Made by a program: the position numbers and the translations under genes. A stretch of 63,663 nucleotides of DNA, the filler included, from Octopus bimaculoides (Eukaryota), in assembly GCF_001194135.2 (NCBI RefSeq). It is 4 parts of 4 records of this genome, joined end to end, with 100 filler letters (N's around TTAATTAATTAA, not from the genome) between each part and the next. Parts side by side here need not be neighbours in the genome. Positions count along the whole stretch, not along the records: positions 19,456 to 49,136 come from NC_068985.1; 3 more parts are not named here. One strand, given 5' to 3'. Below, one piece after another: positions 24,671-36,535 of this stretch; positions within the stretch are counted from its first letter, which is position 1, and the number at the start of each line of letters is the position of its first letter. The notes below the pieces were generated by a model. It had not been told where the DNA came from. It did no database searches and saw only the letters and a program-made list of their open reading frames with translations.

Positions 24671-25121
24671 ACAAAAGAAGTGAAATAGAAACAGTGCGTG
24701 TGTTTATTGTTAGCATAATGATGCTCCCGAGATGCAACAGAATGGGTCAGTACGTGTGGTCAAACTAGATGTGAATTGGTATTTTTTTTATTTCATTTGT
24801 TATTTCTTTTAGGTGTTGTCTTGATCTTTCGAAATCCTCTCACCATATTAGTTGGACTGATTCGGTCAATACCGAATCAGTCAGCAATAAACGCGGAAGA
24901 GGGGTAGATAGATAGATAGATAGAGAGATATATATCTAGAGAGAGGTGGGGGAGATGTGCCTGTATACTTGCAGATGACTGAATTTTACGAGAAGCACCC
25001 ACTTATTAAATTTATTGGTGATAGTGCGTTCGCACTACATAGAGAATGTTATAGAATCAGAACTCAGTTTTTAGTGAAGGGCAGATGGTACGAACCCAAA
25101 AGTCTGTCTGTTAATTACCTA

Positions 25122-25152
<31 letters not shown>

Positions 25153-25317
25153 GTGTCATCAAAATGGAACAGACAACAATGAGAGGAAACGAGTCAAGTA
25201 AACAATGTCAGGAACTAAAACAAAAAGCTAGAATTACAAAGTTGGTCGCAGTGAGCGAGAAAGAGAGAGGAAGATAGTGAAGAGTGAGAGAGAAAGAGAG
25301 AGAGGGAGAGAGAGGCG

Positions 25318-25365
<48 letters not shown>

Positions 25366-26171
25366 GTGTGTATGTATTTGTAGCTTTAGTAATGAGCTTC
25401 ACCTTCAACAGTAAGGCAAACACACACACACACACATACACACACACACACACGCAACACACACGCAAGCACACACACACACACACACACACACACATGC
25501 AAACATACACGCACGCACGCACACGCAAACATATACACAAGCATACACGAGCACAGACACGGCGATAGAGCCACACTCATTCACTTACACACACACACAC
25601 ACGCACACGTCGATAGATACATGCTTATTCACTTACACACAAACACACACTCACACACACGACGCCAGGTACGCACACACGTATACACAAACACACACAC
25701 ATACACACACACACACGCACACACGATAACTGAGTATGCGTATGCCATTGCGTCTGTTCAGAAATTACTTTGGACTATAAAAAGTTTCGCATGTTCACGA
25801 ACAGCGGACAAGCGAAAGAGTGTTATATGACTAAGACAATTACATTAAATATATTCTGACAATTACTCTTCCAGATTGTTTCAGGATTTTTATCTACAAT
25901 TGAATGGAAGATATTTACTGTATATTTTCTTCAAAACAAATTAGTCTTTGATAGACGTACCGCTTAAACGGCATAAAAACACCCCACACAACTATTTAAA
26001 CAATGTGGATGCAAACACAAACAACCATAATGATTTGTAATTCAAACCAACGATGTAGCGTTTAATGGATATTAGACATACTAGAAATAGCAGCAGCAAA
26101 TCGTTAAAATCATATTCTATAATAACATTTTTCAATAATTTTTTTATATAAGGTACGCTGAACAAAGATCT

Positions 26172-26290
26172 AAATGTGTTATGGTTCAGTGGATAGAGAG
26201 TCGGACTCGCAATCATGAAGTAATGAGTTCAATTCCCGGACCGGGGTGTGTGTTGTGTTCTTGAGCAAAACGCTTTATTTCATGTTGCTG
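26172..26290 (+). mobile_element. SINE family F/A-type head
   Basis: tggttcagtggatagagagtcggactcgcaatc...gagttcaattcccggaccgggg...gtgttgtgttcttgagcaaaacgctttatttcatgttgct. Confidence 0.75.
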
Positions 26291-26345
26291 CATATATATA
26301 AATTTAGTAAATGGAATAAAACGCATATATTAACTGAATACTTTT

Positions 26346-26392
26346 ATTTCCAACATATGTTTCGAAGATTACAAATTATACCTTCCATAGGA
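26346..26392 (-). ncRNA. Degenerate hammerhead-like motif
   Basis: Reverse complement ttcc-tatg-gaag(gtataatttgtaat)cttc-GAAAC-AUAU-GU-U-ggaa; core damaged, stems I, II and III pair. Confidence 0.35.
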
Positions 26393-26766
26393 ATAGGTGA
26401 TGTTGATAAGAATGTAATCTTCTCTTCAGGGAAATGCATATATGTATATATATATAATGTATATATATATATATATACACACATACATATATACATGTAT
26501 AGAGACAATTATATACATATGTATGCATATGACGTTATATAATATGTATTGTATATATGTGTATATATATATTTATAAATATATATATATATATATNNNN
26601 NNNNNNNNNNNNNNNNNNNNNNNNNNNNNNNNNNNNNNNNNNNNNNNNNNNNNNNNNNNNNNNNNNNNNNNNNNNNNNNNNNNNNNNNNNNNNNNNNNNN
26701 NNNNNNNNNNNNNNNNNNNNNNNNNNNNNNNNNNNNNNNNNNNNNNNNNNNNNNNNNNNNNNNNNN

Positions 26767-26832
<66 letters not shown>

Positions 26833-27178
26833 CATATGTGTATCCGTGTCTGTGCGTGTATGTGTATAGAGACAATTATACACATGTATATATGTATGTA
26901 TGAACGAATGTATGTATAAGTATGTAAGTATGAATGTATGTATGTATCTATGCACATACACACACACGCGTATACATATATTCATATATATGTGTGTGTG
27001 TATGTGTGTTTGTATATGTGGGCGTCCTAGTAATCTACAATCACACACACACACACACGCACACACACAACGTGCTTCTAATGTTTGCAAACAATTAACA
27101 ATGAAACAACAACACAGGAGGAATAATGTTTAACCAATAAGGTATTAGATTTACGCTTTAATAGAAAGGAAATGTTTG

Positions 27179-27212
27179 CTGACGCTTCAGATGTTAGTCC
27201 TTCATCAGAAGA
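27179..27212 (-). ncRNA. Hammerhead-like motif within a pLTR-like remnant (about 27090-27290)
   Basis: Reverse complement tctt-CUGAUGA-a-gga(ctaaca)tct-GAAG-C-GUC-ag; intact CUGAUGA, A15.1G and C11.1U changes. Confidence 0.5.
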
Positions 27213-27319
27213 TGGACATAAGCAGATTGGGAGAGAAATAGAAATAGTGAAACAGAAAATAGAAAACAGCCAGTTGTTCAGAATTCAGGTGGGAATATTG
27301 TTTTATGGGGAAGGGGGAA

Positions 27320-27430
27320 AGGCAGCTTCCTCTCTCTTTTAGTGTCTTTCACTCTCTTTCCTTCTCCCTCCTTTTGTTTTTGTTCCTTTCTCGTTCTGGC
27401 TACCAATTTCTCTCTCTCACNNNNNNNNNN

Positions 27431-27495
<65 letters not shown>

Positions 27496-28385
27496 CCTCC
27501 CTGTTCCTATTTATTTCCTTGTCTCTGTCAAGGTATCAGACATTCTCCCTCTCCCTCTTATTAGCTTTTTCTCTTGCTGGCTCTCCCTCTCCCTTTTGTC
27601 AGCTGCCCCTCTTATTGGCTTCCCCTCTCTCATTTCTTCTTCCTCTCTCTCTTTTCATGTACCTCTCTCTCTTGCTCTTCTTACTCCTCCCCTTCTGTAT
27701 CTGTCTGTCTGACTTCTTGCCCCCCCTCTCTTTCCCTGTTTTGTCCCTCTACTTTTCTGTCTATCACTTTCTTTCTCTTTCCTTCTCTCGCATTCGGCCT
27801 TTCTCCACCCCTCTCTCTCTTGCAGCGTCTCTCCCTCTCTTTTCCTGTCCCCATATCTTACTCGTATTCTCTGCCTATCACACGATATCTGTCTCTCTCT
27901 CTGTGTCATTCTCTGTCTGTCCTCTGTCTCTCTCTCTCTGTCTGTCTTCTGTCTGTCTGTCTTCTGTCTCTCTCTTTGTCTGTCTTCTATCTCTCTCTCT
28001 CTCTGTCTTCTGTCTGTCTGTCTCTCTCTCTGTCTTCTGTCTCTCTCTTTGTCTTCTATCTCTATCTCTGTCTGTCTTCTGTCTGTCTGTCTCTCTCTCT
28101 GTCTTCTGTCTCTCTGTCTGTCTGTCTTCTGTCTCTCTCTCTGTCTGTCTTCTGTCTCTCTCTCTCTCTCTGTCTGTCTTCTGTCTGTCTTCTGTCTCTC
28201 TCTCTCTGTCTTCTTCTGTCTGTCTCTCTCTCTCTGTCTGTCTTCTCTCTCTCTCTCTGTCTTCTGTCACTCTCTCTGTCTTCTTCTGTCTGTCTCTCTC
28301 TCTGTCTTCTATATCTCTCTCTGTCTGTCTTCTGTCTCTCTCTCTGTCTGTCTTCTGTCTCTCTCTCTCTCCTCCCTCCCTGACT
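27320..28385. repeat. Polypyrimidine tract of about 1 kb: (CT)n plus tctgtcttctgtctctctc-type units
   Basis: The + strand is almost all C/T with sparse G. Confidence 0.95.
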
Positions 28386-28429
28386 AAATCAAAATTGTTG
28401 ATGAGAAAAAGAGAGACTTAAACAGACAA

Positions 28430-28552
28430 AGAGACAGACATATTGATTGATAGAGAGAAAGATAAACAGATAGATAGATAGATAGATAGGAAGATAGATG
28501 GATAGATAGATAGATAGATAGACAGATAGACAGATAGATAGATAGATAAGCA
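28430..28552. repeat. (AGAT)n/(AGAC)n microsatellite
   Basis: Direct reading. Confidence 0.9.
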
Positions 28553-28677
28553 TTAGAAAGAGAAAGTATAAAAGCAAACCATCATTTAAAAAATTTTAGC
28601 TTTCCCTAAGAAACCTTTCCAATTGTTGACAATTCTAGAGTATCCTCCATTTGTTTCGAAAAGAATCATAAGTAGAA

Positions 28678-28872
28678 TTAACAACAACAACAACAACAAG
28701 AACAACAAAAGCAACAACAATAACAACGCCAACAACAGCAACATCATAGCGATAACAACAATAACATGAAAAACAAAAACGTAAACCATAAACAGAACAA
28801 CAATCGTAATCAACAAAATTAACAACAACAGGAGCAGTGGTGATGGTGGTGGTGGTGGTGGTGGTGGTAGTG

Positions 28873-28929
<57 letters not shown>

Positions 28930-29002
28930 AGAGTGGTAATAACAATAGTTTCAACAACAGTAGCTGCAGCAATAACAACAATTAAATAGCGGATAATTGA
29001 TA

Positions 29003-29087
<85 letters not shown>

Positions 29088-29974
29088 GGATGATGATGAT
29101 GGTGGTTTTGGTGGTTTTGGTAATGATGCTCCCCCTCCTCCTCATACCGTCCTTCTCCTTATCGCTGCCGCCGCCGCCACCACCACCACCACAACCACCA
29201 CCATCACCATCATCATCATCATCATCATCATGGGCCACGGCATTAGTACTAACACCTCACCTCGACGACCATCAGCGCAACCACAGGAACTCGTGATTTC
29301 GCCTACCGTCACCACCACCTCCNNNNNNNNNNNNNNNNNNNNNNNNNNNNNNNNNNNNNNNNNNNNNNNNNNNNNNNNNNNNNNNNNNNNNNNNNNNNNN
29401 NNNNNNNNNNNNNNNNNNNNNNNNNNNNNNNNNNNNNNNNNNNNNNNNNNNNNNNNNNNNNNNNNNNNNNNNNNNNNNNNNNNNNNNNNNNNNCATCATC
29501 GTCATCATCGTCGTCATCATCATCATTGACAGCAAAGTAGTAAGGAAAACATAAATAAAAAATATTTTCAAAAAAAAAAACCAAAACATTAAAAGGAAAC
29601 AAATACAAAAACACCCCTTTTTTCCCACGCAAATCTTTTACGATTTTAATTACTTATTTACAACTAGAAATATTTCACCTCTCCCTTCCTCGCTTTCCCC
29701 CTTCCTCTTTCCTTCTCCTCCCATTCTCCCCATTCACTTTCCCTCCCTCTCTACACTAATACTTTTCGGATAAATTTTATTGAAGTATCTTTTTTGTTTT
29801 TTTAGTTAGTCATTTCATTTTTTTTTAATGTTTTTTATTTATTTATTTATTTGCTGATTTGTCTTCTTTATTTATATTTTATTGTTTTTTTTATCAATTT
29901 GTACATTTTTCTCACTGCTACTACAACTACAGTTGCTACCATCACCACTAGTACTATTGCTGCTGCTGCTGCTG

Positions 29975-30020
<46 letters not shown>

Positions 30021-30026
30021 AGCTTG

Positions 30027-30083
<57 letters not shown>

Positions 30084-31310
30084 AGCTTGTACCACCACTA
30101 CCACAATCTCCACCACCACCACTACCACCGCCACCACCACCACCACCACCGCTACTACTANNNNNNNNNNNNNNNNNNNNNNNNNNNNNNNNNNNNNNNN
30201 NNNNNNNNNNNNNNNNNNNNNNNNNNNNNNNNNNNNNNNNNNNNNNNNNNNNNNNNNNNNNNNNNNNNNNNNNNNNNNNNNNNNNNNNNNNNNNNNNNNN
30301 NNNNNNNNNNNNNNNNNNNNNNNNNNNNNNNNNNNNNNNNNNNNNNNNNNNNNNNNNNNNNNNNNNNNNNNNNNNNNNNNNNNNNNNNNNNNNNNNNNNN
30401 NNNNNNNNNNNNNNNNNNNNNNNNNNNNNNNNNNNNNNNNNNNNNNNNNNNNNNNNNNNNNNNNNNNNNNNNNNNNNNNNNNNNNNNNNNNNNNNNNNNN
30501 NNNNNNNNNNNNNNNNNNNNNNNNNNNNNNNNNNNNNNNNNNNNNNNNNNNNNNNNNNNNNNNNNNNNNNNNNNNNNNNNNNNNNNNNNNNNNNNNNNNN
30601 NNNNNNNNNNNNNNNNNNNNNNNNNNNNNNNNNNNNNNNNNNNNNNNNNNNNNNNNNNNNNNNNNNNNNNNNNNNNNNNNNNNNNNNNNNNNNNNNNNNN
30701 NNNNNNNNNNNNNNNNNNNNNNNNNNNNNNNNNNNNNNNNNNNNNNNNNNNNNNNNNNNNNNNNNNNNNNNNNNNNNNNNNNNNNNNNNNNNNNNNNNNN
30801 NNNNNNNNNNNNNNNNNNNNNNNNNNNNNNNNNNNNNNNNNNNNNNNNNNNNNNNNNNNNNNNNNNNNNNNNNNNNNNNNNNNNNNNNNNNNNNNNNNNN
30901 NNNNNNNNNNNNNNNNNNNNNNNNNNNNNNNNNNNNNNNNNNNNNNNNNNNNNNNNNNNNNNNNNNNNNNNNNNNNNNNNNNNNNNNNNNNNNNNNNNNN
31001 NNNNNNNNNNNNNNNNNNNNNNNNNNNNNNNNNNNNNNNNNNNNNNNNNNNNNNNNNNNNNNNNNNNNNNTACTACTACTACTACTACAGCTTGTACCAC
31101 CACTACCACAATCTCCACCACCACCACTACCACCATTGCCTCTACTACCGTCACCAATACCCCTACCAGTGCAACCATCGCCACCAAATCATCACTACCA
31201 CTACTACCACACCACACCACACCACCACAACCTCCACCTGTCTCCACCCCTATCACCAAAAATTGCTGACGTTACCATCTCGAGCACCACCATCTCCACC
31301 ACGACTAGTA
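28678..31310. repeat. Compound trinucleotide tracts (AAC, GGT, AGT, GAT, CCA, CAT, CTA, GCT) with gaps
   Basis: Direct reading; explains the homopolymer ORFs in the track. Confidence 0.92.
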
Positions 31311-31700
31311 ACAGCATTATGGTCAGAATAGATAAAAAGAAGCAGAAAATACCATTACTTCTTCTTAGTTTCCTTCCGTCCTTCATGTTTTTCTGAAATA
31401 ATAATGAATTGTCTTAAAAAATGTAATTACGATTGGAACTCTTACATATATACATACAAACACACATGTATACATACATATATACATACAAACACACATG
31501 TATACATACATACATTGTTACATATACACATGCGCATATACATATGTACGTACATCTGCATGTGTATACGTATGTACATAAATACATCAGTGGACGTGTG
31601 TATTTAAATATGTTCATTCATACACATAAGCATACATACACATGTACATACGTAACTATATACAAGCATTCATACTTACAGATATGATATACATACATAC

Positions 31701-31745
<45 letters not shown>

Positions 31746-31754
31746 CACACACGT

Positions 31755-31812
31755 ATTCTTTTATTCTTTTACTTGTTTCAGTCATTTGACTGCGGCCATC
31801 CTGGAGCACCGC
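31755..31812 (-). mobile_element. SINE family C 3' tail
   Basis: Reverse complement aaggcggtgctccaggatggccgcagtcaaatgactgaaacaagtaaaagaataaaagaat. Confidence 0.8.
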
Positions 31813-31924
31813 CTTGTGTATATACACACATTCGTACATAATTGCAAACATAAGAGGTCGTATGTATCGTTACAGAGGTCAGCTGTCCTGCTGATTTGAA
31901 TATCTCAGAAAATCAAAGAAAAAA

Positions 31925-32135
31925 AGTTTATAACTATGGACAGCTACTCCGAAAGCTCCGGCTTTTATATTCAGATTATAAATTTACATTTATACTAATA
32001 ATAATTGATCCGTTAGGTACCAAGTGACAATCTGGATAAGCTAGGATTACCAGAAAAGGCAATCAACGTTACAAATTTATTTCTGTAAACGGAACAGTAA
32101 ATATATGCAAGACTTTTCTTGAACTCAAAATGTGA
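31925..32135 (+). mobile_element. Older, diverged RLE-LINE 3' fragment
   Basis: RKLRLLYSDYKFTFILIII..LG / NLDKLGLPE / GTVNICKTFLELKM* is homologous to 21740-21950. Confidence 0.65.
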
Positions 32136-32379
32136 ATTTGTTTCTATTATCTATACTCCAGCGATGTAGCTTTGTATCTTTGTTAGCAACCAACTCCTTT
32201 ATTACAGGAAGACTTCAAATAATGTAAAACTGAAGAGAAAATACAACACATTCAAACATACCAAAACAGTTGGCGTGACTAGTCGCATACTCTGCGTAGA
32301 AGATTATTCATACGATGAATATGCCTTTTCCAACATCAACGTTACAACTATCGCAACTGTCAGCCTTGATAGAGACCCG

Positions 32380-32611
32380 AGTTTTACAGATATTTACAGT
32401 TCCAGTGATGGATTGGATCTGTAGTCTCCGAATTAGTTTTCTCCTTTCTGGATTTGAAAAGCCCAGTTTCTCAAGGTTGGTATTTAGGCAGTGTGTTACA
32501 TATCCCAGGGCTCCCATAATTACAGGTATAAACCTGAACTTGTAACCTGGATAGAATAACTGCAGATTTCTCAATAGTTCAGAATAGATATTCTCTTTTT
32601 CACTGATCTTT
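32380..32611 (-). mobile_element. RLE-LINE 3' fragment, same family as 21618
   Basis: ORF 32308..32574 (RNLQLFYPGYKFRFIPVIMGALGYVTHCLNTNLEKLGFSNPERRKLIRRLQIQSITGTVNICKT) is nearly identical to copy 1; the 5' junction abuts (CATA)n. Confidence 0.88.
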
Positions 32612-32653
32612 ATCTATGTATGTATGTATGTATGTATGTATATATGTATATAA

Positions 32654-32688
<35 letters not shown>

Positions 32689-33184
32689 ATGTATGTATGT
32701 TATGTATGCGTCTGTGTCTGTGTCTCCAAAGCACCGCTTGACAACCGGTTTGTTTACATCTTCATAACTTAGCGGTTCAGTAGAAGAACCGACCGAATAA
32801 GTACCAGACTAAAATAAATAGATAGATAAATAAATAAATTTCACTTTTATTATTATAGATATTCTTTCAGATTCACGCAACAGTCCTTCAGTTTTTCGAA
32901 AGCCTGTAAAAGAATCGAAAGTTTGGGTCTCCAACCAGGCCTTTTGCGACACCCTTAAACCCATACGGCCAAGAATTCTATCCAACAATGTGACGACCCA
33001 ACTGATTCAGGGCCTTAATAAGACATTTTTTCCAAGAAATGTTATCATTTTATTATTGAATGTTTAAACACGTCAGTATAAAATCACTCAGTCATTCTCC
33101 TTGAACAGGTGCCTATTCAACAACGTTGTTGTCACTAAGTGTTACAATAGACTATTTTCCGGTTCTCTTGTGAAATCTCATGAT

Positions 33185-34345
33185 TGCATTGGTTTCAAAT
33201 TTTGGTAAATGACCAGCGATTTCGGAAAGGGGCTAAGTTGATTACATCAACTGCAGTGTTCAACTGGTACTTATGTCACTGGCCCCGAAAGGATGAAAGG
33301 AAAAGTCAACCTCGGAGGAATTTGAACTATGAACGTTAAAACGGACACTGTGCCGCTAAGCATTTTGTCTGACGCGCTAATGACCCTACCAGCTTGAGAT
33401 TTCATTAGTTTTAAGTTTTGGCCCAAGCCCAGCAATTTCGAGTGAAGGGGTAAGTCGATTGCATCGTCTCTAGTTCTGAACTGGTACTCATTTTATCGAC
33501 CTCGAAAGAATGAAAGGCAAAGTCGACCTCGGCTGAATTTGAACTCAGAATGTAAAGACGGATGAAATGTCGTTCAGTATTTTGTCCGGCGCGGTAACGA
33601 TTCTGCTCACTCACCGCCTTGAGCTTGCGATTATACTGGGTTTCAAAGTTTGGTACAAGGCCAGCAATTTGGGCGGGTGGGGTAACTTGATTACATCGAC
33701 CCCCCCAAGTTTTAACTGGTATTTATTTTATCGACTCCGAGAGGACGAAAGGCAAAAATCAACCTCGGTGGAATTTGAGCTNNNNNNNNNNNNNNNNNNN
33801 NNNNNNNNNNNNNNNNNNNNNNNNNNNNNNNNNNNNNNNNNNNNNNNNNNNNNNNNNNNNNNNNNNNNNNNNNNNNNNNNNNNNNNNNNNNNNNNNNNNN
33901 NNNNNNNNNNNNNNNNNNNNNNNNNNNNNNNNNNNNNNNNNNNNNNNNNNNNNNNNNNNNNNNNNNNNNNNNNNNNNNNNNNNNNNNNNNNNNNNNNNNN
34001 NNNNNNNNNNNNNNNNNNNNNNNNNNNNNNNNNNNNNNNNNNNNNNNNNNNNNNNNNNNNNNNNNNNNNNNNNNNNNNNNNNNNNNNNNNNNNNNNNNNG
34101 CTAACGTTTCTTATTTCTTTATTGCCCACAGGGGGCTAAACATAGAGGGGACAAACAAGGACAGAAAAACAGATTAAGTCAATTATATCGACCCCAGTGC
34201 GTAACTGGTATTATTTAATCGACCCCGAAAGGATGAAAGGCATAATCGACCTCGGCGGAATTTGAACTCAAAACGTAGCAGCAAACGAAATACCGCTAAG
34301 CGTTCGCCCGGTGTGCTAACGTTTCTGCCAGCTCGCCGGCTTAGC
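33185..34345 (-). mobile_element. Array of four SINE family B copies
   Basis: Repeated reverse-strand central domains; the young copy at 34110-34342 has tail ttatttctttattgcccacaggggg. Confidence 0.85.
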
Positions 34346-34699
34346 TCACGATTATATTGATATAAAAATCAATGCACTAGTTCCTATTGTGTTTATTTAT
34401 TGACAGCAAGGCTCAACAAGCATAGATTAGAACTGGGCGCCCCTAGACTTGTGAGTAACCCGGTTTAAGTAATTATCCCCTTTGTAATAGCTGCGATTGC
34501 TAGGAGAATCACGTGTGTTTTGAAGGGTATGATTAATAATCTAAAAGTGAACATTCTTCTGAATTGTATAAAAATACCAAAACTTGGAATATGAGTACGT
34601 CTCTTTTAGATCAATCTGGTTTCTTGGACACTTCAATAATGTATCGAAAGGAGATTTATACATCATTGCAAGTTGATAGGAAACTGCATCATTTTCAAA

Positions 34700-34809
34700 G
34701 TGCTGCTGGAGTTACTGCAGTCACCACAGCTGCCACCGCTGATGCTACTGCGGCTACTGCTGCTGTTTACATAAGTTATAACGATGATTATGACATCCTT
34801 GATGGTACT

Positions 34810-34854
<45 letters not shown>

Positions 34855-35170
34855 GTAATGGTCATGATGATGATGGTAATGGTCATGATGATGATGATAG
34901 TAATGATGGTAATGATGGTGATGATAGTGATGATGATCGCAATGGTAATGATGGCTGACGACGATGGAGATGTAATTATACTATCAGTTGCCATGATGTT
35001 GATGCTGAAGTTAACTATGATGGTGGTGATGATGAATAATGATGATAATGATAGTGTTGTTGCTGTTGTTGCTGTTGTTGTTGTTGGTGGTGGTGGTGAT
35101 AACGACGATGATGATGACCAGGATGATGATGCTGTTGATGAGGATGATGATGACTAATGATGATGATTAT
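34700..35170. repeat. (GCT)/(GAT)/(GGT)/(GTT) trinucleotide tracts
   Basis: Direct reading. Confidence 0.9.
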
Positions 35171-35330
35171 GAAATACGATCCTGAATATTGTTTTTTAAC
35201 ACCAGTTCAGCTTTTTATGAAGTGGTACTCTGACTAAAGACACTTTAACTGTGACCATCCTGTCTTTTTATATGGTCATGTAGGACTGACTACGCTACTT
35301 GCTATATCCTTTTCTTTGTCACGACATCAA

Positions 35331-35950
35331 AGGCAGCGAGCTTGCAGAACCGTTAGCACGCTGTATAAAATTCTTAGTGGCCTTTTTTCGCTGTTCTTTA
35401 TATTCTGAGTTCGTGGAGGCGCAATGGCCCAGTGATTAGTGCAGCGGACTCGCGGTCATAGGATCGCGGTTTCGATTCCCAGACCGGGCGTTGTGAGTGC
35501 ATATTGAGCGAAAACACCTAAAAGCTCCACGAGGCTCCGACAGGGGATGGTGGCGAACCCTGCTGTACTCTTTCATCACAACTTTCTCTCACTCTTACTT
35601 CCTGTTTCTGTTGTGCCTGTAATGCAAAAGGGTCAGCCTTGTCACACTGTGTCACGCTGAATATCCCCGAGAACTACGTTAAGGGTACACGTGTCTGTGG
35701 AGTGCTCAGCCATTTGCACGTTAACTTCACGAGCAGGCTGTTCCGTTGATCGGATCAACTGGAACCCTCGACGTCGTAACCGACGGAGTGCCAACAACAA
35801 CAATATTCTGAGTTCAAAACCTACCAAGGTCAACTTTGCCTTTAATTCTCTTGGGGTCGATAAAACAAAGTACCGCTCAAGTACTGGGGTTGATACAATC
35901 GACTGATTCCCTCCCTCCATATTGCTGGCTTTATGCCAAATATTAGTAAG
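35331..35950 (+). mobile_element. SINE B copy interrupted by a SINE A insertion
   Basis: B head 35331-35412 resumes at 35803 with ...gagttcaaaacctaccaaggtcaactttgcc. Confidence 0.85.
35413..35802 (+). mobile_element. SINE family A, full length, 13-bp TSD atattctgagttc
   Basis: TSD at 35400-35412 and 35803-35815; A and B boxes; (caa)n tail. Confidence 0.95.
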
Positions 35951-36231
35951 GATTAAGACAATATTAAAATGGTGAGTGAGAAGCAGTGAGCTGGGAGAAT
36001 CGTTAGCACGTCAGGCAAAATGCTTAGGGGCATGTCGTCCGTCTTTATGTTCTGAGTTCAAATTCCGTGGAAATCGAGTTTGTCTTTCCTCCTTTCGGGT
36101 TCGATAAAGTAAGAGCCTGTTGAACACGGGTGTCAATGTAATCGACTTAACCCCTCCCCTAAAATTGCTGACCTTGTGCCAAAATTTCAAAGCAATATCA
36201 AAACGGTTAATTGGCAGAATCTTCCGATCGT

Positions 36232-36535
36232 TAAAGGCGGCGAGCTGGCAGAAACGTTATCACGCCGGGCGAAATGCTTAGCGGTATTTCGTCTGCCGTT
36301 ACGTTCTGAGTTCAAATTCCGCCGAGGTCNNNNNNNNNNGAAATGCTTAGCGGTATTTCGTCTGCCGTTACGTTCTGAGTTCAAATTCCGCCGAGGTCGA
36401 CTTTGCCTTTCATCCTTTCGGGGTCGATAAATTAACCACCAGTTACGCACTGGGGTCGATGTAATCGACTTAATACCTTTGTCAGTCCTTGTTTGCCCCC
36501 TCTATGTTTAGCCCCTTGTAGGCAATAAAGAAATA
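36232..36535 (+). mobile_element. Young SINE B inserted in an older B head, 16-bp TSD agaatcttccgatcgt
   Basis: TSD at 36216-36231 and 36536-36551. 36271-36329 is repeated after a 10-N gap (assembly overlap). Confidence 0.92.

Noticed and set aside
36271-36398. Exact 59-bp tandem duplication inside a SINE B
   Set aside because: The copies are separated by a 10-N gap: overlapping contig ends, an assembly artefact.
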